Positions 30,065 through 43,232 are shown, numbered from the stretch's first letter. The stretch: DNA of 64,000 bases from Pseudomonadota bacterium (GCA_040385485.1 JAZKHJ010000020.1:27843-91842), one strand, 5' to 3'. Numbers and translations are program-made. The notes: a model not told the origin generated them from the letters alone.

Positions 30065-31543
30065 TCACTGGGGCAGCTTGGAGACGGCCACGTGGCGCAG
30101 CAACTCCGCCACGGAGGCGTCCATCACGTCGGTGAAAGGCTTGGGGTACACGCCCATGAAAAGCACCGCCACCGCCAACACCGCCATCACGAGGAATTCG
30201 CGCGAGTTGAGGTCGATCAGGGCCTTCACGTTGTCGTTGCCCGCGGCGCCCAGGTACACGCGCTTGTACATCCACAGCGAATAGGCCGCGCCGAAAATCA
30301 GCGCCGACGCAGCGAGCAGACCTATCCAGAAGTTGGCCTTCACCGCCGCAAGGATCACCATCCACTCCCCCACGAAACCGGCCGTACCCGGCAGGCCGCA
30401 GTTGGCCATGGTGAACAGCAGCGCAAAAGCCGCGAACTTGGGCATGGTGTTCACCACACCGCCGTAATCGGCAATCTCGCGCGAATGCACACGGTCGTAC
30501 AGCACGCCGATGCCCAGGAACATCGCAGCCGACACAAAACCGTGGGCAATCATCTGCACGATGCCGCCCGACACGCCGAGGTCGCTGAAGACGAAGAAGC
30601 CCAGCGTGACGAAGCCCATGTGGGCGACCGACGAATACGCCACCAACTTCTTCATGTCCTGCTGCACCATGGCCACCAGGCCCACGTAAATCACCGCGAT
30701 CAGCGAGAGCGCGATCATGAGCCATGCCCATTCGTGAGAAGCGTCGGGCAGGATCGGCAGCGAGAAGCGCAAGAAGCCGTACGCACCGAGCTTGAGCATG
30801 ATGGCCGCCAGCACGGCGGAGCCGCCGGTGGGGGCTTCCACGTGCACATCGGGCAACCAAGTGTGCACCGGCCACATCGGCACCTTCACCGCGAAGGCTG
30901 CGAAGAAGGCGAAGAACAGCAAGGTCTGCGCGGTGCCACTCAGCGGCAGCTTGTACCAGTCGGCCAGCGCGAAGCTGCCACCGGACACGGTGTACAGGTA
31001 GATCAGCGCCACCAGCATGAGCAGCGAGCCCAGCAGCGTGTACAGGAAGAACTTGAAGGCCGCGTAGATCTTGTTCGGGCCGCCCCAGATGCCGATGATC
31101 AGGTACATCGGAATCAGTGTGGCTTCGAAGAACACGTAGAACAGCATCGCGTCCTGCGCGCTGAAAACGCCGATCATCAGACCCGAGAGGATCAGGAAGG
31201 CGCCCATGTACTGGTTCACGCGCGACGTGATGGATTCCCAACTGGCCACGACCACCACCACGTTGATGAACGCAGTGAGCGGGATCAGCCACAACGAAAT
31301 GCCGTCCACACCGAGGTGGTAGTGGATGTTGAAGTTTTCGATCCAGGAGCGTTTTTCGACGAACTGCAGGGCAGCGGTGCCCAACTCAAAACCGGCGTAG
31401 AGCGGCACCGTGACCGCCAGGCCCACCACCGCACCCACCAATGCGATCCAGCGCACCATCGGTGCCTGGTCGTCACGGCCCAGGGCCAGCAGCACGACGC
31501 CAAAAAAGATGGGCGTCCAGATGGCAAGGCTCAGCAAACCCAT
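30065..31543 (-). CDS. nuoM: NADH-quinone oxidoreductase subunit M
   Basis: 492 aa antiporter-like subunit (contains [19 protein letters not shown]). Confidence 0.95.
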   Translation of the reverse strand: MGLLSLAIWTPIFFGVVLLALGRDDQAPMVRWIALVGAVVGLAVTVPLYAGFELGTAALQFVEKRSWIENFNIHYHLGVDGISLWLIPLTAFINVVVVVASWESITSRVNQYMGAFLILSGLMIGVFSAQDAMLFYVFFEATLIPMYLIIGIWGGPNKIYAAFKFFLYTLLGSLLMLVALIYLYTVSGGSFALADWYKLPLSGTAQTLLFFAFFAAFAVKVPMWPVHTWLPDVHVEAPTGGSAVLAAIMLKLGAYGFLRFSLPILPDASHEWAWLMIALSLIAVIYVGLVAMVQQDMKKLVAYSSVAHMGFVTLGFFVFSDLGVSGGIVQMIAHGFVSAAMFLGIGVLYDRVHSREIADYGGVVNTMPKFAAFALLFTMANCGLPGTAGFVGEWMVILAAVKANFWIGLLAASALIFGAAYSLWMYKRVYLGAAGNDNVKALIDLNSREFLVMAVLAVAVLFMGVYPKPFTDVMDASVAELLRHVAVSKLPQ

Positions 31544-31564
31544 GATGTTCTTCTTCCTCTTGTT

Positions 31565-33583
31565 TTATTTGGCGAGCCAGACGAAGTACGTCATGAACAG
31601 CAGCACACCCACGATCATCATCAGCGCGTAGTGGTAGAGGTAGCCGGTCTGCGCGCGGCGCACCACGCCCGAGACCAGCCCAACCAGCTTCCAGCTGGCA
31701 TTGACCACGCCGCCTTCGATCACACCCCGATCGCCACCCTTCCACAGACCGATGCCCAGGCCCCGCGCGCCTTTGGCCAAGACGTTTTCGTTGAACCAGT
31801 CCATGTAGTACTTGTTCTCGAGGATCACCACCAGCGGACGCAGCGCGCGGCCGATGGCGACCGGCACGGCCGGGTTGATCAGGTACATGTACCAGGCGCT
31901 CACGGCACCGGCCAGGGCCAGGTACAGCGGCGGGGTGTAGAGCGAGTGCGCTGCCATCGACAAGGCGCCGTGGAACTCTTCGGCGAAAGTCGCCATGGCC
32001 GGGTGGGCCGCGGCATTGATGAAGATCGCGTCCTTGAAGAACTCTCCAAACAGCATGGGCTGGATGGTCATGAAGCCGATCACGACCGAAGGAATGGCCA
32101 GCAGCACCAGTGGCACCGTCACCACCCAAGGGGATTCGTGCGGCTTGGCGTCATGACCGTGGCCATGTCCGTGGTCATCGTGGTGCGCGTCTGGATTCTG
32201 GTCGTACCGTTCCTTGCCGTGGAAGACCAGGAAGTACAGGCGGAACGAATAGAACGAGGTGACGAACACACCGGCAAGCACCGCAAAGTACGCAAAACCC
32301 GACGCCGGCAGGTTGCTGAAGTGCACCGCTTCGATGATGGAGTCTTTGGAGTAGAAGCCCGAGAACAGCGGCGTGCCAATCAGCGCGAGCGTGCCCAGCA
32401 GCGAGGTGATCCAGGTGATAGGCATGTACTTGCGCACGGCGCCCATCCAGCGGATGTCCTGGTTATGGTGCAGGCCCATGATCACCGAGCCCGCGGCCAG
32501 GAACAGCAGCGCCTTGAAGAAGGCGTGTGTCATGAGGTGGAACACCGCCACCGAGTAGGCAGAGGCGCCGAGCGCCACCGTCATGTAGCCCAGCTGTGAA
32601 AGCGTGGAGTACGCGACGATGCGCTTGATGTCGTTCTGGATGATGCCCAGGAAGCCCATGAACAGCGCGGTGATGGCGCCGATGACCATGATGAAGTTCA
32701 GCGCCGTGTCCGACAGCTCGAACAGCGGCGACATGCGCGCCACCATGAAGATGCCGGCCGTGACCATGGTGGCGGCGTGGATCAGCGCGGAGATGGGGGT
32801 GGGGCCTTCCATGGAGTCGGGCAGCCACACATGCAGCGGGAACTGCGCGCTCTTGCCCATGGCGCCGATGAAGAGGCAGATGCAGATGACCGTGATCAGC
32901 AACCAGTCGGTGCCGGGGAAGCCCAGCGCGCCGAGCTCGGGCGCCTTGGCGAACACCTCGGCGTAGTTGAGCGTGCCGGCATAGGCCACGATCAGACCGA
33001 TGCCCAGGATGAAACCGAAGTCGCCCACCCGGTTGACCAGGAAGGCCTTCATGTTGGCGAAGATCGCCGTGGGCTTGTTGAACCAGAAGCCGATCAGCAG
33101 GTAGGACACCAGGCCCACGGCTTCCCAGCCGAAGAACAGCTGCAGCAGGTTGTTGCTCATGACCAGCATGAGCATGGAGAAGGTGAACAGCGAGATGTAG
33201 GCGAAGAAGCGGTTGTAACCCTCGTCCTCTTCCATGTAGCCGATGGTGTACAGGTGCACCATGAGCGAGACGAAGGTCACAACCACCATCATCATGGCGG
33301 TGAGGCCGTCGACCAGGAAACCGATTTCCATCTTCAGACCACCGACCACCATCCAGGTGTAGAGGGTCTCATTAAAGCGGGCGCCGTCCATGGCCACGCT
33401 CTTGAGCGTCATGGCCGACAGGATGAACGCGATCAACACGCCCAGAATGGTGAGCGTGTGCGAAGCGCGGCGACCGATGACATTGCCGCCGAAGGTGGTG
33501 CCCAGAATGCCGGCCAGGGCCGCGCCGATCAGCGGCGCCATGGGGACAGCGAGCAGGGTGCTGGCAGAGAGGGTGGTGCTCAT
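31565..33583 (-). CDS. nuoL: NADH-quinone oxidoreductase subunit L
   Basis: 672 aa from MSTTLSASTLLAVP. Contains SAQFPLHVWLPDSMEGPTP. The track ORF extends 35 codons further upstream without support. Confidence 0.95.
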   Translation of the reverse strand: MSTTLSASTLLAVPMAPLIGAALAGILGTTFGGNVIGRRASHTLTILGVLIAFILSAMTLKSVAMDGARFNETLYTWMVVGGLKMEIGFLVDGLTAMMMVVVTFVSLMVHLYTIGYMEEDEGYNRFFAYISLFTFSMLMLVMSNNLLQLFFGWEAVGLVSYLLIGFWFNKPTAIFANMKAFLVNRVGDFGFILGIGLIVAYAGTLNYAEVFAKAPELGALGFPGTDWLLITVICICLFIGAMGKSAQFPLHVWLPDSMEGPTPISALIHAATMVTAGIFMVARMSPLFELSDTALNFIMVIGAITALFMGFLGIIQNDIKRIVAYSTLSQLGYMTVALGASAYSVAVFHLMTHAFFKALLFLAAGSVIMGLHHNQDIRWMGAVRKYMPITWITSLLGTLALIGTPLFSGFYSKDSIIEAVHFSNLPASGFAYFAVLAGVFVTSFYSFRLYFLVFHGKERYDQNPDAHHDDHGHGHGHDAKPHESPWVVTVPLVLLAIPSVVIGFMTIQPMLFGEFFKDAIFINAAAHPAMATFAEEFHGALSMAAHSLYTPPLYLALAGAVSAWYMYLINPAVPVAIGRALRPLVVILENKYYMDWFNENVLAKGARGLGIGLWKGGDRGVIEGGVVNASWKLVGLVSGVVRRAQTGYLYHYALMMIVGVLLFMTYFVWLAK

Positions 33584-33608
33584 GGTGTTCTTGTCTGTGG
33601 GCTGGGGC

Positions 33609-33917
33609 TCAGCCTTTGAGAGTGTTGAGCTCTTCGACGCTGATCGAATTCTTGTTGCGGAACAGCAGCACGAGGATGGCCAGACCAATCGCCGATTCCG
33701 CGGCGGCCACGGTCAGGATGAAGAACACGAACACCTGGCCGTGCATGTCACCCAGGAAATGCGAGAAGGCCACGAAATTCATGTTCACGGCCAGGAGCAT
33801 CAGCTCGATGGCCATGAGCAGCACGATCAGGTTCTTGCGGTTGAGGAAGATGCCGACGACGGAGATCGCGAACAGGATCGCGCCCACGGCGAGGAAATGG
33901 CCCAGGGTCACGTTCAT
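33609..33917 (-). CDS. nuoK: NADH-quinone oxidoreductase subunit K
   Basis: 102 aa with three TM helices ([12 protein letters not shown]). Confidence 0.95.
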   Translation of the reverse strand: MNVTLGHFLAVGAILFAISVVGIFLNRKNLIVLLMAIELMLLAVNMNFVAFSHFLGDMHGQVFVFFILTVAAAESAIGLAILVLLFRNKNSISVEELNTLKG

Positions 33918-34573
33918 GATGGTTTGCCCTCCTCGGCGGTCGCCGCATCGACAGCGGGGGCGGCTTTCTGCGTTGCGCTCATCGGCAGCACCACCAGCCG
34001 ATCCCGGGCGCGCACGTGCACCTGCAGACCCGGATTGATGGCCTTGCTGTCCTTGCGCTGACGCAGGGTGAGCGCAATGGCGGCGATCATCGCCACCAGC
34101 AGGATCACGGCAGCCACTTCAATGGGATACAGGTACTCGGTGTACAGCAGCAAGCCGAGTTCACGGGTGTTGGAGTAATTGGCCGCGTTGATGCCGACGC
34201 CGGCCGCATCGGGGTTGCTCGCCAGACTCGGGAAGCCGGCGAACAGCACGGCAATCAGTTCGGCCGCCACAAAACCACCCAGAATGGCGGCAAGCGGGAA
34301 GTGTTTCCAGAAACCCTTGCGCACGCCGTCCATGTTGATGTCGAGCATCATCACCACGAACAGGAACAGCACCATCACTGCGCCCAGATAGACCAGCACC
34401 AGCGTGATGCCGAGAAATTCCGCCTTGAGCAACAGCCAGAGCGCGGACGCCTGCGAGAACGCCAGCATCAGGAACAGCACGGCATGCACCGGGTTGCGCG
34501 CAGTGACGACGCGGAAGGCTGCAAACAGCAGCACCGCGGCGAAGAGGTAAAAAAAGCCGGTCTGGTAATCCAT
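33914..34573 (-). CDS. nuoJ: NADH-quinone oxidoreductase subunit J
   Basis: 219 aa membrane subunit with a 4-nt overlap with nuoK. Confidence 0.93.
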   Translation of the reverse strand: MDYQTGFFYLFAAVLLFAAFRVVTARNPVHAVLFLMLAFSQASALWLLLKAEFLGITLVLVYLGAVMVLFLFVVMMLDINMDGVRKGFWKHFPLAAILGGFVAAELIAVLFAGFPSLASNPDAAGVGINAANYSNTRELGLLLYTEYLYPIEVAAVILLVAMIAAIALTLRQRKDSKAINPGLQVHVRARDRLVVLPMSATQKAAPAVDAATAEEGKPS

Positions 34574-34624
34574 GGCGTTGTTCTTGTGTCGTCTGTGCCG
34601 GTCGGGGTCCGGGTTCAGAACGGA

Positions 34625-35161
34625 TCAGCGATAAGGGGCGTCAGCGGCCCGGGCAGCGGCAATCTCGGTTTCGTAGCGGTCGCCCACGGCCAGCAACATC
34701 TCTTTGGTGAAGTACAGGTCACCGCGCTTCTCGCCGTGGTATTCGAAGATGTGCGTCTCGACGATGGAGTCGACCGGGCAACTCTCTTCGCAGAAGCCGC
34801 AGAAGATGCACTTCGTCAGGTCGATGTCGTATCGGGTCGTGCGGCGCGAGCCGTCCTCGCGCACATCGGATTCGATGGTGATCGCCAACGCCGGGCATAC
34901 CGCTTCGCACAGCTTGCAGGCAATACAGCGCTCCTCGCCGTTTTCATAGCGGCGCAGGGCATGCAGACCGCGGAAACGTGGCGACAGCGGCGTCTTTTCT
35001 TCGGGAAACTGCACCGTGATCTTGCGTTTGAAGGCGTAGCGACCGGTCAGGGCCATGCCCTTGAACAACTCCACCAGCAGGAAGCTGTTGAGGAAGTCAC
35101 GGAATGAAAACGGCGCCACAACCACTGGGGATGCGACGGGATTGGCGGTGATGGTGGACAT
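34625..35161 (-). CDS. nuoI: NADH-quinone oxidoreductase subunit I
   Basis: 178 aa from MSTITANPV. Has two 4Fe-4S motifs, [12 protein letters not shown] and [12 protein letters not shown]. Confidence 0.95.
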   Translation of the reverse strand: MSTITANPVASPVVVAPFSFRDFLNSFLLVELFKGMALTGRYAFKRKITVQFPEEKTPLSPRFRGLHALRRYENGEERCIACKLCEAVCPALAITIESDVREDGSRRTTRYDIDLTKCIFCGFCEESCPVDSIVETHIFEYHGEKRGDLYFTKEMLLAVGDRYETEIAAARAADAPYR

Positions 35162-35175
35162 GGTCAATCGCCCTC

Positions 35176-36258
35176 TTATTTCCAGAGGTTCCACGACGTC
35201 TGCATCAAGCCGCCGACGAGCAGCAGGTAGATGAGCGTGACGGGAATGAAGATCTTCCAGCCCAGACGCATGATCTGGTCGTAGCGGAAGCGCGGGAAGG
35301 TGGCGCGGATCCAGATGAACATGGACACCACGACGAAGGTTTTCAGGCCCAGCCAGATCCAGCCGGGGATCCAGTTGAACAGCGCGCTGTCGATGGGCGA
35401 CAACCAGCCGCCCAGGAACATCAGCACCGCCAGGATCGAGATCAGCCACATGCTGGCGTACTCGGCCAGGAAGAAGATGGCGAAGCCCATGCCCGAGTAC
35501 TCGACCATGTGGCCGGCCACGATCTCGGCCTCACCCTCGACCACGTCGAAAGGATGGCGATTGGTTTCGGCCACGCCAGAGATGAGATAGACGAAGAAGA
35601 TGGGCAGCAGCGGCAGCCAGTTCCACGACAGGAAGTTCAGGCCTTCGGACGCCGCCATCCCGCGTCCCTGGGAGTTCACGATGTCGACCAGGTTCAGGCT
35701 GCCCGAAACCATGACCACCACCAGGAAGCAAAAGCCGATGGCGATCTCGTAGCTCACCATCTGTGCCGACGCGCGCAGCGCACCCAGGAAAGCGTATTTC
35801 GAGTTGGAGGCCCAGCCCGCGATGATCACGCCATAGACTTCGATCGAGGTGATGGCCAGGATCACCAGCAGACCGGCGTTCACGTTGGCGAGCACCGCTT
35901 CAGGGCCGAAGGGCACGGCCACCCACGCGGCCAGCGCCGGCATGATGGCCATGATCGGCCCCAGGCGGAACAGGCCGTTGCTGGCGGCGCTCGGGCGGAT
36001 CAGTTCCTTGGTCAGCAGCTTGAGCGCATCGGCGATCGGCTGCAGCAGACCGAAGGGACCCACGCGGTTGGGTCCGTGGCGCACCTGGATCCAGCCGAGC
36101 AGCTTGCGCTCCCAGAGCGTCAGGTAGGCCACGGCGCCCATCAGCGGCGCCAGCACGGCCACGATCTTGATCAGGTTCCAGATGACGGGCCAGGCCGCCG
36201 TGGTCCACCACGTCGCGGCGAACAAACCCAGGCCGCCGTTGTACATCGCGTCGATCAT
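35176..36258 (-). CDS. nuoH: NADH-quinone oxidoreductase subunit H
   Basis: 360 aa polytopic subunit ([29 protein letters not shown]). Confidence 0.95.
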   Translation of the reverse strand: MIDAMYNGGLGLFAATWWTTAAWPVIWNLIKIVAVLAPLMGAVAYLTLWERKLLGWIQVRHGPNRVGPFGLLQPIADALKLLTKELIRPSAASNGLFRLGPIMAIMPALAAWVAVPFGPEAVLANVNAGLLVILAITSIEVYGVIIAGWASNSKYAFLGALRASAQMVSYEIAIGFCFLVVVMVSGSLNLVDIVNSQGRGMAASEGLNFLSWNWLPLLPIFFVYLISGVAETNRHPFDVVEGEAEIVAGHMVEYSGMGFAIFFLAEYASMWLISILAVLMFLGGWLSPIDSALFNWIPGWIWLGLKTFVVVSMFIWIRATFPRFRYDQIMRLGWKIFIPVTLIYLLLVGGLMQTSWNLWK

Positions 36259-38387
36259 GCGTGCACCTCATCGGCGATCAGGATTGCGCGGGCGTCGGCC
36301 GTCAGCTGCAGCGCAGGGGCGCGGCGCACCAGACCGTCGAGCTGGTAGATGCTGGCCACGCAGGGTTCGGCACTGGCGGACGCCATGTCGACCATGGCGG
36401 TGCTGGCGTTGTTCAATCGGGCTGCGTCCACCACGGCACCACTCGCCACACCGGGCAGCACGCTGGCCAGCACGGCCTGCGAAGAATCGGCGTCAAAGCC
36501 GGCCAGACCGAGCAGGTTGCCCAGCACACGAATCACCTTCCAGGCCGGGCGCGTTTCACCCAGTGGACGAACAACGGCGTGGAAACTCTGCAGGCGGCCT
36601 TCGGCATTCACGAAGGAACCCGAGGTTTCGGTGAACGGAGCGATCGGCAACAGCACGTCGCTCACGTCGAGGTTGGTCTTGAACGGGCTTAGCGTGACGA
36701 CCATGCCTGCATGGGACAGCCCGTTCGCACCCGCTGCCGTGTCGTCCTGGGGCTCGGTGTTGAGCAGGATCACGGCTTTCAGCGCGCCACCCAGCATCTG
36801 CCCGGCATTCAAACCGCCCTGCCCTGGCACGGCGTTGACGAGTTGCGCGCCCACGGTGTTGGCGGCCTCGCTCAGGTAGCCCACGGAGGCGCCCGTCTGC
36901 TGTGCGATCCAGTTCGCGAGCGACAGCAGGCTGGCCGCTTTTTCGTGGTGTGCAGCGGCGTTGCCGAGCAGGATGGCCTTGTGTTCACCGCCCAGCAGCG
37001 ACTTGGCCACGGCGCGGTGCGCATCGGTCACGTCAGCGGTCGCCGGTGCAGTGGCACCGGTGTCGGCGGCCACGGCGGCTGCGATGCCGGCCAGCGCCGA
37101 CACCCAAGTGCTGCTGTCGGCCAGCACGGTGTTTTTCACCGCCATGGCCCAGTCCTGCTGCTCGGCGCCGAGCACGTTCACTTGGCAACCCTTGCGGGCG
37201 GCCTGACGAATGCGCTGCGCGAACAGCGGGTGGTCCTTGCGCAGGTTGGAGCCCACCACCAGCACGCGTTGCAGCGTGGAGAGCGACGCGATCGGCAGGC
37301 CCAGCCAACGCGCGGCACCCGCAGGCGCGGCATTGGAGAAATCGGCATGGCGAAGTCGAGCGTCGATGTTCTGGCTGCCCAGGCCGCGCACCAGGGCGCC
37401 GGCCAGGGCCAGTTCTTCCACCGTGCTGTGCGGGCTCGACAGCAGACCGATGGCAGCTGCGCCGTGTTCGGCCTTGACCTGCTTGAGACCATTGGCCACG
37501 TACTCGAGAGCGGTTTGCCAATCGACTGTGTGCCACTCACCGCCCTGCTTGAGCATGGGCGCGGTCAGTCGGTCTTCGCTGTTGACGGCCTCGTACGAGA
37601 AACGGTCGCGGTCGGCAATCCAGCATTCGTTGACGGCCTCGTTTTCCAGCGGCACCACGCGCATGACCTTGTGGTTCTTCACCTGAACGATGAGGTTGGC
37701 GCCGGCGCTGTCGTGCGGGCTGACGCTCTTGCGGCGCGAGAGCTCCCAGGTGCGGGCGCTGTAGCGGAACGGTTTGCTGGTGAGCGCGCCAACCGGGCAG
37801 ATGTCGATCATGTTGCCCGAGAGCTCGGAATCAACGGTGTCGCCGAGCACCGTGGTGATCTCGGAATGCTCGCCGCGGTGGATCATGCCCAGCTCCATCA
37901 CGCCGGCCACTTCCTGGCCAAAGCGCACGCAGCGGGTGCAGTGGATGCAGCGGCTCATTTCCGCCATGGAGATCAGTGGGCCCACGTCCTTGTGGAAGAC
38001 GACGCGTTTCTCTTCCTCGTAGCGCGAACCCGAGCTGCCGTAACCCACAGCCAGGTCCTGCAACTGGCATTCACCGCCCTGATCGCAGATCGGGCAATCC
38101 AGCGGGTGGTTGATGAGCAAGAACTCCATCACCGATTGCTGCGCCTTGATGGCCTTGTCGCTCTTGGTGCGCACGATCATGCCCTGCGTGACCGGCGTGG
38201 CGCAGGCCGGCATGGGCTTGGGCGCCTTCTCGACGTCGACCAGGCACATGCGGCAGTTGGCCGCGATGGAAAGCTTCTTGTGATAGCAGAAATGCGGAAT
38301 GTAGGTGCCGGCCTTTTCGGCCGCATGCATGACCATGCTGCCCGGGGGCACTTCCACCTTCTTGCCGTCGAGTTCGATTTCAACCAT
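36255..38387 (-). CDS. nuoG: NADH-quinone oxidoreductase subunit G
   Basis: 710 aa from [11 protein letters not shown]. Has a 2Fe-2S/4Fe-4S N-terminus ([15 protein letters not shown]) and a molybdopterin-oxidoreductase-like domain. A TTG at 38405 (with AAGG upstream) is an alternative start. Confidence 0.95.
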   Translation of the reverse strand: MVEIELDGKKVEVPPGSMVMHAAEKAGTYIPHFCYHKKLSIAANCRMCLVDVEKAPKPMPACATPVTQGMIVRTKSDKAIKAQQSVMEFLLINHPLDCPICDQGGECQLQDLAVGYGSSGSRYEEEKRVVFHKDVGPLISMAEMSRCIHCTRCVRFGQEVAGVMELGMIHRGEHSEITTVLGDTVDSELSGNMIDICPVGALTSKPFRYSARTWELSRRKSVSPHDSAGANLIVQVKNHKVMRVVPLENEAVNECWIADRDRFSYEAVNSEDRLTAPMLKQGGEWHTVDWQTALEYVANGLKQVKAEHGAAAIGLLSSPHSTVEELALAGALVRGLGSQNIDARLRHADFSNAAPAGAARWLGLPIASLSTLQRVLVVGSNLRKDHPLFAQRIRQAARKGCQVNVLGAEQQDWAMAVKNTVLADSSTWVSALAGIAAAVAADTGATAPATADVTDAHRAVAKSLLGGEHKAILLGNAAAHHEKAASLLSLANWIAQQTGASVGYLSEAANTVGAQLVNAVPGQGGLNAGQMLGGALKAVILLNTEPQDDTAAGANGLSHAGMVVTLSPFKTNLDVSDVLLPIAPFTETSGSFVNAEGRLQSFHAVVRPLGETRPAWKVIRVLGNLLGLAGFDADSSQAVLASVLPGVASGAVVDAARLNNASTAMVDMASASAEPCVASIYQLDGLVRRAPALQLTADARAILIADEVHA

Positions 38388-38401
38388 GGGAGTTTTTTCT
38401 T

Positions 38402-39775
38402 TCAAGCAACCTTGGCTGGCGACTGAGCGGCCGCGATCTTGGCCTCAAACTCGTGCCGGAAGTGTTTGATCATGGCCCGCACCGGCATGGCCGCAGCATC
38501 GCCCAGGGCGCAGATGGTGCGGCCCATGATGTTCTCGGCCACGTTGTCCAGCAGCGCCATGTCGGCCGGGCGACCCTCGCCCTGGTCGATGCGGCTGACC
38601 ATGCGCCAGAGCCAGCCCGTGCCTTCGCGGCAGGGTGTGCACTGGCCACACGATTCGTGCATGTAGAAGTAGGACAGACGCTTGAGCGACTCGACCATGC
38701 AACGGCTGTCGTCCATCACGATCACGGCGCCCGAGCCCAGCATGGAGCCGGCCTTGGCAATCGAGTCGTAGTCCATGGTGCAGTCCATCATGATGGACGC
38801 AGGCAACACGGGTGCGGACGATCCGCCGGGGATCACGGCCTTGAGCGTGCGGCCCTTGCGCACACCACCGGCAAGCTCGAGCAACTTGCTGAAGGGCGTA
38901 CCCATGGGCACTTCGTAGTTGCCAGGCATCTCCACATCACCGCTCACCGAGAAGATCTTGGTGCCACCGTTGTTGGGCTTGCCGCAAGCGAGGTAGGCCG
39001 CGCCACCGTTGCGAATGATCCAGGGCACCGCCGCGAAGGTTTCGGTGTTGTTGATCGTGGTGGGCTTGCCGTACAGGCCGAAGCTGGCCGGGAACGGCGG
39101 CTTGAAACGCGGCTGGCCCTTCTTGCCTTCCAGCGATTCGAGCAGCGCGGTTTCTTCACCGCAGATGTAGGCGCCGAAGCCGTGGAAGGCGTGCAGTTGG
39201 AAACTGAATCCACTGTCCAGGATGTTGTCACCCAGCAGGCCTGCGGCGCGGGCTTCTTCCAGCGCGGCTTCGAAGCGGTCGTAGGCCTCGAAGATCTCGC
39301 CGTGGATGTAGTTGTAGCCGACGCTGATGCCCATCGCGAAGGCAGCGATGGCCATGCCTTCGATCACGATGTGCGGGTTGTACATCAGGATGTCGCGGTC
39401 CTTGCAGGTGCCCGGCTCGCCCTCGTCCGAGTTGCACACCAGGTACTTCTGGCCAGGGAATTGACGCGGCATGAAGCTCCACTTCAACCCGGTGGGGAAC
39501 CCCGCACCGCCGCGGCCGCGCAACGCCGATTCCTTCAGGGTGGCAATCACCTGGTCCTGCGTCATGCCGACCACCGGTGGATCACCGGCCGGTTCGGCCC
39601 CATCCTTGCCCAGCACCTTGCGCAAAGCCTGGTAACCCCCACGGGCCACGTAGTCCTTGAGCGACCAATTGCCACCGTCGAGGTCGGCATAGATCTGGGG
39701 ATTGATGTGACGGCCGTGGAAGCAGGTCTGCACGCCGTTGGCGCGAAACTGCGAGAGGATCTGTTCGGCGTTCAT
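38402..39775 (-). CDS. nuoF: NADH-quinone oxidoreductase subunit F
   Basis: 457 aa from [10 protein letters not shown]. Has an FMN/NADH site ([13 protein letters not shown]) and a 4Fe-4S motif ([12 protein letters not shown]). Shows an ATGA overlap with the nuoE stop. Confidence 0.96.
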   Translation of the reverse strand: MNAEQILSQFRANGVQTCFHGRHINPQIYADLDGGNWSLKDYVARGGYQALRKVLGKDGAEPAGDPPVVGMTQDQVIATLKESALRGRGGAGFPTGLKWSFMPRQFPGQKYLVCNSDEGEPGTCKDRDILMYNPHIVIEGMAIAAFAMGISVGYNYIHGEIFEAYDRFEAALEEARAAGLLGDNILDSGFSFQLHAFHGFGAYICGEETALLESLEGKKGQPRFKPPFPASFGLYGKPTTINNTETFAAVPWIIRNGGAAYLACGKPNNGGTKIFSVSGDVEMPGNYEVPMGTPFSKLLELAGGVRKGRTLKAVIPGGSSAPVLPASIMMDCTMDYDSIAKAGSMLGSGAVIVMDDSRCMVESLKRLSYFYMHESCGQCTPCREGTGWLWRMVSRIDQGEGRPADMALLDNVAENIMGRTICALGDAAAMPVRAMIKHFRHEFEAKIAAAQSPAKVA

Positions 39776-40305
39776 GCCTGTCCTTCCGAGGCTTGGACCG
39801 TCGACTTGAGGCCATCGATCAGCTGATCGAGCTTGTCGTTGCTCATGAAGCTGCACATGTGGCGGTCATTGACCAGCATCACGGGCGAGTCGGCGCAGGC
39901 GCCCAGACATTCGCTCTGCTGCAGGGTGAACAGACCGTCGGCGGTGGTCTGTCCCATGCTGATGCCGAGTTTGTGCTCCAGATGGTGCAGCGCACTCTGG
40001 CCATCGCGCAGCTGGCACGGCAGGTTGGTGCAGACGTTGAGCTTGAACTTGCCCGTCGGCTGCTGGTTGTACATGTTGTAGAAGGTCGTCACCTCGTGCA
40101 CGGCGATTGGCGCCATGCCCAGGTAAGCTGCCAGCGACTCTTCGGCCCCGGTGCTCACGAAGCCCATCTCCTGCTGGATGATGGCAAGACATGCCATCAC
40201 GGCCGACTGCGCCTGATCGGCCGGGTACTTGGCGACCTCGCGCGCAAAGCGCTGCTGGGTAGCGCTGCTGAATTCCACAGCTGCAACTGGGTGCCCGGTG
40301 CTCAT
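39772..40305 (-). CDS. nuoE: NADH-quinone oxidoreductase subunit E
   Basis: 177 aa, 24-kDa type 2Fe-2S subunit (CTNLPCQL and CLGACADSP). Confidence 0.95.
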   Translation of the reverse strand: MSTGHPVAAVEFSSATQQRFAREVAKYPADQAQSAVMACLAIIQQEMGFVSTGAEESLAAYLGMAPIAVHEVTTFYNMYNQQPTGKFKLNVCTNLPCQLRDGQSALHHLEHKLGISMGQTTADGLFTLQQSECLGACADSPVMLVNDRHMCSFMSNDKLDQLIDGLKSTVQASEGQA

Positions 40306-41555
40306 CGGTCGATCTCCCCGAAAACAATGTCCATGGTGCCGATGATGGCCACGGCGTCGGCCAGCATGTGGCCGCGCGCCATCTCGTCCATCGTGGCGAG
40401 GTGCGCAAAACCGGGCGCACGGATCTTCAGGCGGTAGGGCTTGTTGGCGCCATCGCTCACGAGGTAGATACCGAACTCGCCCTTGGGGTGCTCAACCGCC
40501 GCATAGGCTTCGCCCTCTGGCACGTGGAAGCCTTCAGTGAACAGTTTGAAGTGGTGAATCAGCTCTTCCATGTTGGCCTTCATGGCCTCACGGGCTGGCG
40601 CTGCCACCTTGTGGTTGTCGGTGATCACGGGGCCGGGGTTGGCACGCAACCACTTCGAGCACTGTTCGATGATGCGGTTGGACTGCTTCATCTCTTCCAT
40701 GCGCACCAGATACCGGTCATAGCAGTCACCGGTCTTGCCCACGGGAATGTCGAAATCCATCTGGTCGTACACGTCGTACGGCTGCTTCTTGCGCAGATCC
40801 CAGGCAATACCGGAGCCGCGCAACATGGGGCCGGTCATGCCGAGGTTGAGCGCGCGCTCGGGCGTCACCACGCCAATGCCAACGGTGCGCTGTTTCCAGA
40901 TGCGGTTGTCGGTCAGCAGCGTGTGGTACTCGGCCAGATACGTGGGGAAACGCTTCGTGAAGTCGTCGATGAAATCGAGCAGCGAACCCTGGCGGTTGGT
41001 GTTCATCTCCGCAAGAGCGCGTGCGTTGCGGATCTTGCTGTGCCGGTACTGCGGCATGGTTTCGGGCAGGTCGCGGTAGACGCCGCCCGGGCGGAAATAA
41101 GCCGCGTGCATGCGCGCACCCGACACCGCCTCGTACATGTCGAACAGGTCTTCGCGCTCGCGGAACGCGTAGATCAGGATGGTGGAACTGCCGCAGTCGT
41201 TGCCATGCGACCCCAGCCACATGAGGTGGTTGAGCAGGCGCGTGATCTCGCTGAACATCACACGGATGTACTGCGCACGGATCGGCACTTCGATGCCGAG
41301 CAACTTCTCGATGGCCAGGCAGTAAGCGTGCTCGTTGCACATCATCGACACATAGTCGAGCCGGTCCATGTAGGGCAGCGACTGGATGTAGGTCTTGTGC
41401 TCGGCGAGCTTTTCGGTGGCGCGGTGCAGCAGCCCGATGTGTGGGTCGGCGCGTTGCACGACTTCGCCGTCGAGCTCGAGCACCAGGCGCAACACGCCGT
41501 GCGCGGCCGGGTGCTGTGGACCGAAGTTGAGGGTGTAGTTCTTGATTTCAGCCAT
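40302..41555 (-). CDS. nuoD: NADH-quinone oxidoreductase subunit D
   Basis: 417 aa, 49-kDa subunit ([15 protein letters not shown]). Confidence 0.96.
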   Translation of the reverse strand: MAEIKNYTLNFGPQHPAAHGVLRLVLELDGEVVQRADPHIGLLHRATEKLAEHKTYIQSLPYMDRLDYVSMMCNEHAYCLAIEKLLGIEVPIRAQYIRVMFSEITRLLNHLMWLGSHGNDCGSSTILIYAFREREDLFDMYEAVSGARMHAAYFRPGGVYRDLPETMPQYRHSKIRNARALAEMNTNRQGSLLDFIDDFTKRFPTYLAEYHTLLTDNRIWKQRTVGIGVVTPERALNLGMTGPMLRGSGIAWDLRKKQPYDVYDQMDFDIPVGKTGDCYDRYLVRMEEMKQSNRIIEQCSKWLRANPGPVITDNHKVAAPAREAMKANMEELIHHFKLFTEGFHVPEGEAYAAVEHPKGEFGIYLVSDGANKPYRLKIRAPGFAHLATMDEMARGHMLADAVAIIGTMDIVFGEIDR

Positions 41556-41556
41556 A

Positions 41557-42180
41557 TCAGTGCAATCCGCCGTAGTTGTCTTCGCGGATGATGCGCGGCG
41601 TGATTTCGCGGGGCTCGATGCTCACCGGTTCGTAGATCACACGCTGGCGCTCGGCGTCGTAGCGCATCTCGACATGCCCCGACAGCGGGAAGTCCTTGCG
41701 GAACGGGTGGCCGATAAAACCGTAGTCGGTGAGGATGCGGCGCAGGTCGTCGTGACCGTCGAAGACGATGCCGAACAGGTCGAACGCTTCGCGCTCATAC
41801 CAGTTGGCCGCAGCCCACAGTGGCGTGACCGAAGCCAGCACGGGGAAGTCGTCCTCGGGGCAGAACACACGCACGCGAACGCGGTGGTTGTGGCTCACCG
41901 ACAGCAGATGCACCACGGCCGCGAAGCGCTGGCCCTCCCAGCGACCGTCACCATAGGTCTGGTAGTCCATGCCGCAGAGGTCGATGAGCTGCTCGAAAGC
42001 GGCTTGCGGCGCGTCACGCAGGGTTTGCATGACGTCGAAATAGTGGGCGGCCGCAACGGTGAGCGTGAGCTCTTCGCGGACCACTTCGAGCGAAGCCACG
42101 CGGTCACCAAGCAACTCGGCAAGGGCCAGCTTCAAGGCTTCCGGCGCAACGGCGTAGTGGGTCGTTGAGGTGTCGGTCAT
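41557..42180 (-). CDS. nuoC: NADH-quinone oxidoreductase subunit C
   Basis: 207 aa, 30-kDa subunit ([19 protein letters not shown]). Confidence 0.95.
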   Translation of the reverse strand: MTDTSTTHYAVAPEALKLALAELLGDRVASLEVVREELTLTVAAAHYFDVMQTLRDAPQAAFEQLIDLCGMDYQTYGDGRWEGQRFAAVVHLLSVSHNHRVRVRVFCPEDDFPVLASVTPLWAAANWYEREAFDLFGIVFDGHDDLRRILTDYGFIGHPFRKDFPLSGHVEMRYDAERQRVIYEPVSIEPREITPRIIREDNYGGLH

Positions 42181-42224
42181 GGATGCGTCTCGTGGGACTC
42201 GGTTCGCCGTTGTGCAGCGGGCGC

Positions 42225-42704
42225 TCAGGCGCGGGCGATGGTCTGGGTGCGGCGGATCTTCTGCTGCAGCTGGATGATTCCGTACAGCAAGGCCTCGGCA
42301 GTGGGCGGGCAGCCGGGCACATAAACATCCACCGGCACGATGCGGTCACAACCGCGCACCACCGAATAGCTGTAGTGATAGTAGCCACCGCCGTTGGCGC
42401 AAGAACCCATGGAGAGCACCCAGCGCGGCTCGGCCATCTGGTCGTAAACCTTGCGCAAAGCGGGTGCCATCTTGTTGCACAGCGTGCCGGCCACGATCAT
42501 CAGATCGGACTGGCGCGGGCTGGCGCGAAACACCTCGGAGCCGAATCGGCCAATGTCGTAACGCGCGGCGGCCGCGTGCATCATTTCCACCGCGCAACAG
42601 GCCAGACCAAAGGTCATGGGCCAGAGCGAGCCGGTCTTGGCCCAGTTCACCACCGAGTCGTAGCTGGTGGTGACAAAACCTTCCTTGAATACGCCTTCAA
42701 ACAT
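42225..42704 (-). CDS. nuoB: NADH-quinone oxidoreductase subunit B
   Basis: 159 aa. N2 cluster ligands present: [22 protein letters not shown] and PGCPP. Confidence 0.96.
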   Translation of the reverse strand: MFEGVFKEGFVTTSYDSVVNWAKTGSLWPMTFGLACCAVEMMHAAAARYDIGRFGSEVFRASPRQSDLMIVAGTLCNKMAPALRKVYDQMAEPRWVLSMGSCANGGGYYHYSYSVVRGCDRIVPVDVYVPGCPPTAEALLYGIIQLQQKIRRTQTIARA

Positions 42705-42740
42705 GAGCCGCTCCGGTGCAATCTTGTGTCGTCGTGTCGC

Positions 42741-43100
42741 TCATTCCCAGTCCAGCGCACCCTTCTTCCACTCGTAGGCAAAGCCCACGGTGAGAATGAC
42801 AAGAAACACGACGCCGGCGAGAAAGCCAGTCATGCCGATGTCGGAGAAGGCCACGGCCCAGGGAATGAGGAAAGCGATCTCGAGGTCGAACAGGATGAAG
42901 AGAATGGCCACGAGGTAGTAGCGCACATCGAACTTCATGCGGGCGTCTTCGAAGGCTTCGAAGCCGCATTCGTAAGGGGAATTTTTCTCGGCGTCCGGAA
43001 GGTTCGGACCAAGGATGTAACCCAGGACCTGCGGGATGATCCCGATGGAAATACCCACCAAGATGAACAGGAGCACAGGTAGGTATTGTTCGAGACTCAT
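42741..43100 (-). CDS. nuoA: NADH-quinone oxidoreductase subunit A
   Basis: 119 aa from [16 protein letters not shown]; contains YECGF. The track ORF starts 7 codons earlier (43121), which is an equally possible start. Confidence 0.92.
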   Translation of the reverse strand: MSLEQYLPVLLFILVGISIGIIPQVLGYILGPNLPDAEKNSPYECGFEAFEDARMKFDVRYYLVAILFILFDLEIAFLIPWAVAFSDIGMTGFLAGVVFLVILTVGFAYEWKKGALDWE

Positions 43101-43147
43101 CTTGGTCTGTTCCACTGACACGGCGTGGGGCCGTGTTGTCCAAAGAT

Positions 43148-43232
43148 TGGTGCCGACGGCGAGACTCGAACTCGCACAGCTTTCGCCACTACCCCCTCAA
43201 GATAGCGTGTCTACCAATTTCACCACGTCGGC
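43148..43232 (-). tRNA. tRNA-Leu (anticodon GAG)
   Basis: 85 nt: GCCGACGTGGTGAAATTGGTAGACACGCTATCTTGAGGGGGTAGTGGCGAAAGCTGTGCGAGTTCGAGTCTCGCCGTCGGCACCA. Has a 7-bp acceptor stem, an anticodon stem CTATC/GGTAG with loop TTGAGGG, a long variable arm, a T-loop TTCGAGT and an encoded CCA. Confidence 0.95.

Noticed and set aside
30020-32599. 859-aa ORF antisense to nuoM and nuoL
   Set aside because: It is a His/Arg/Gln/Glu-rich shadow frame opposite two unmistakable antiporter-like subunits.
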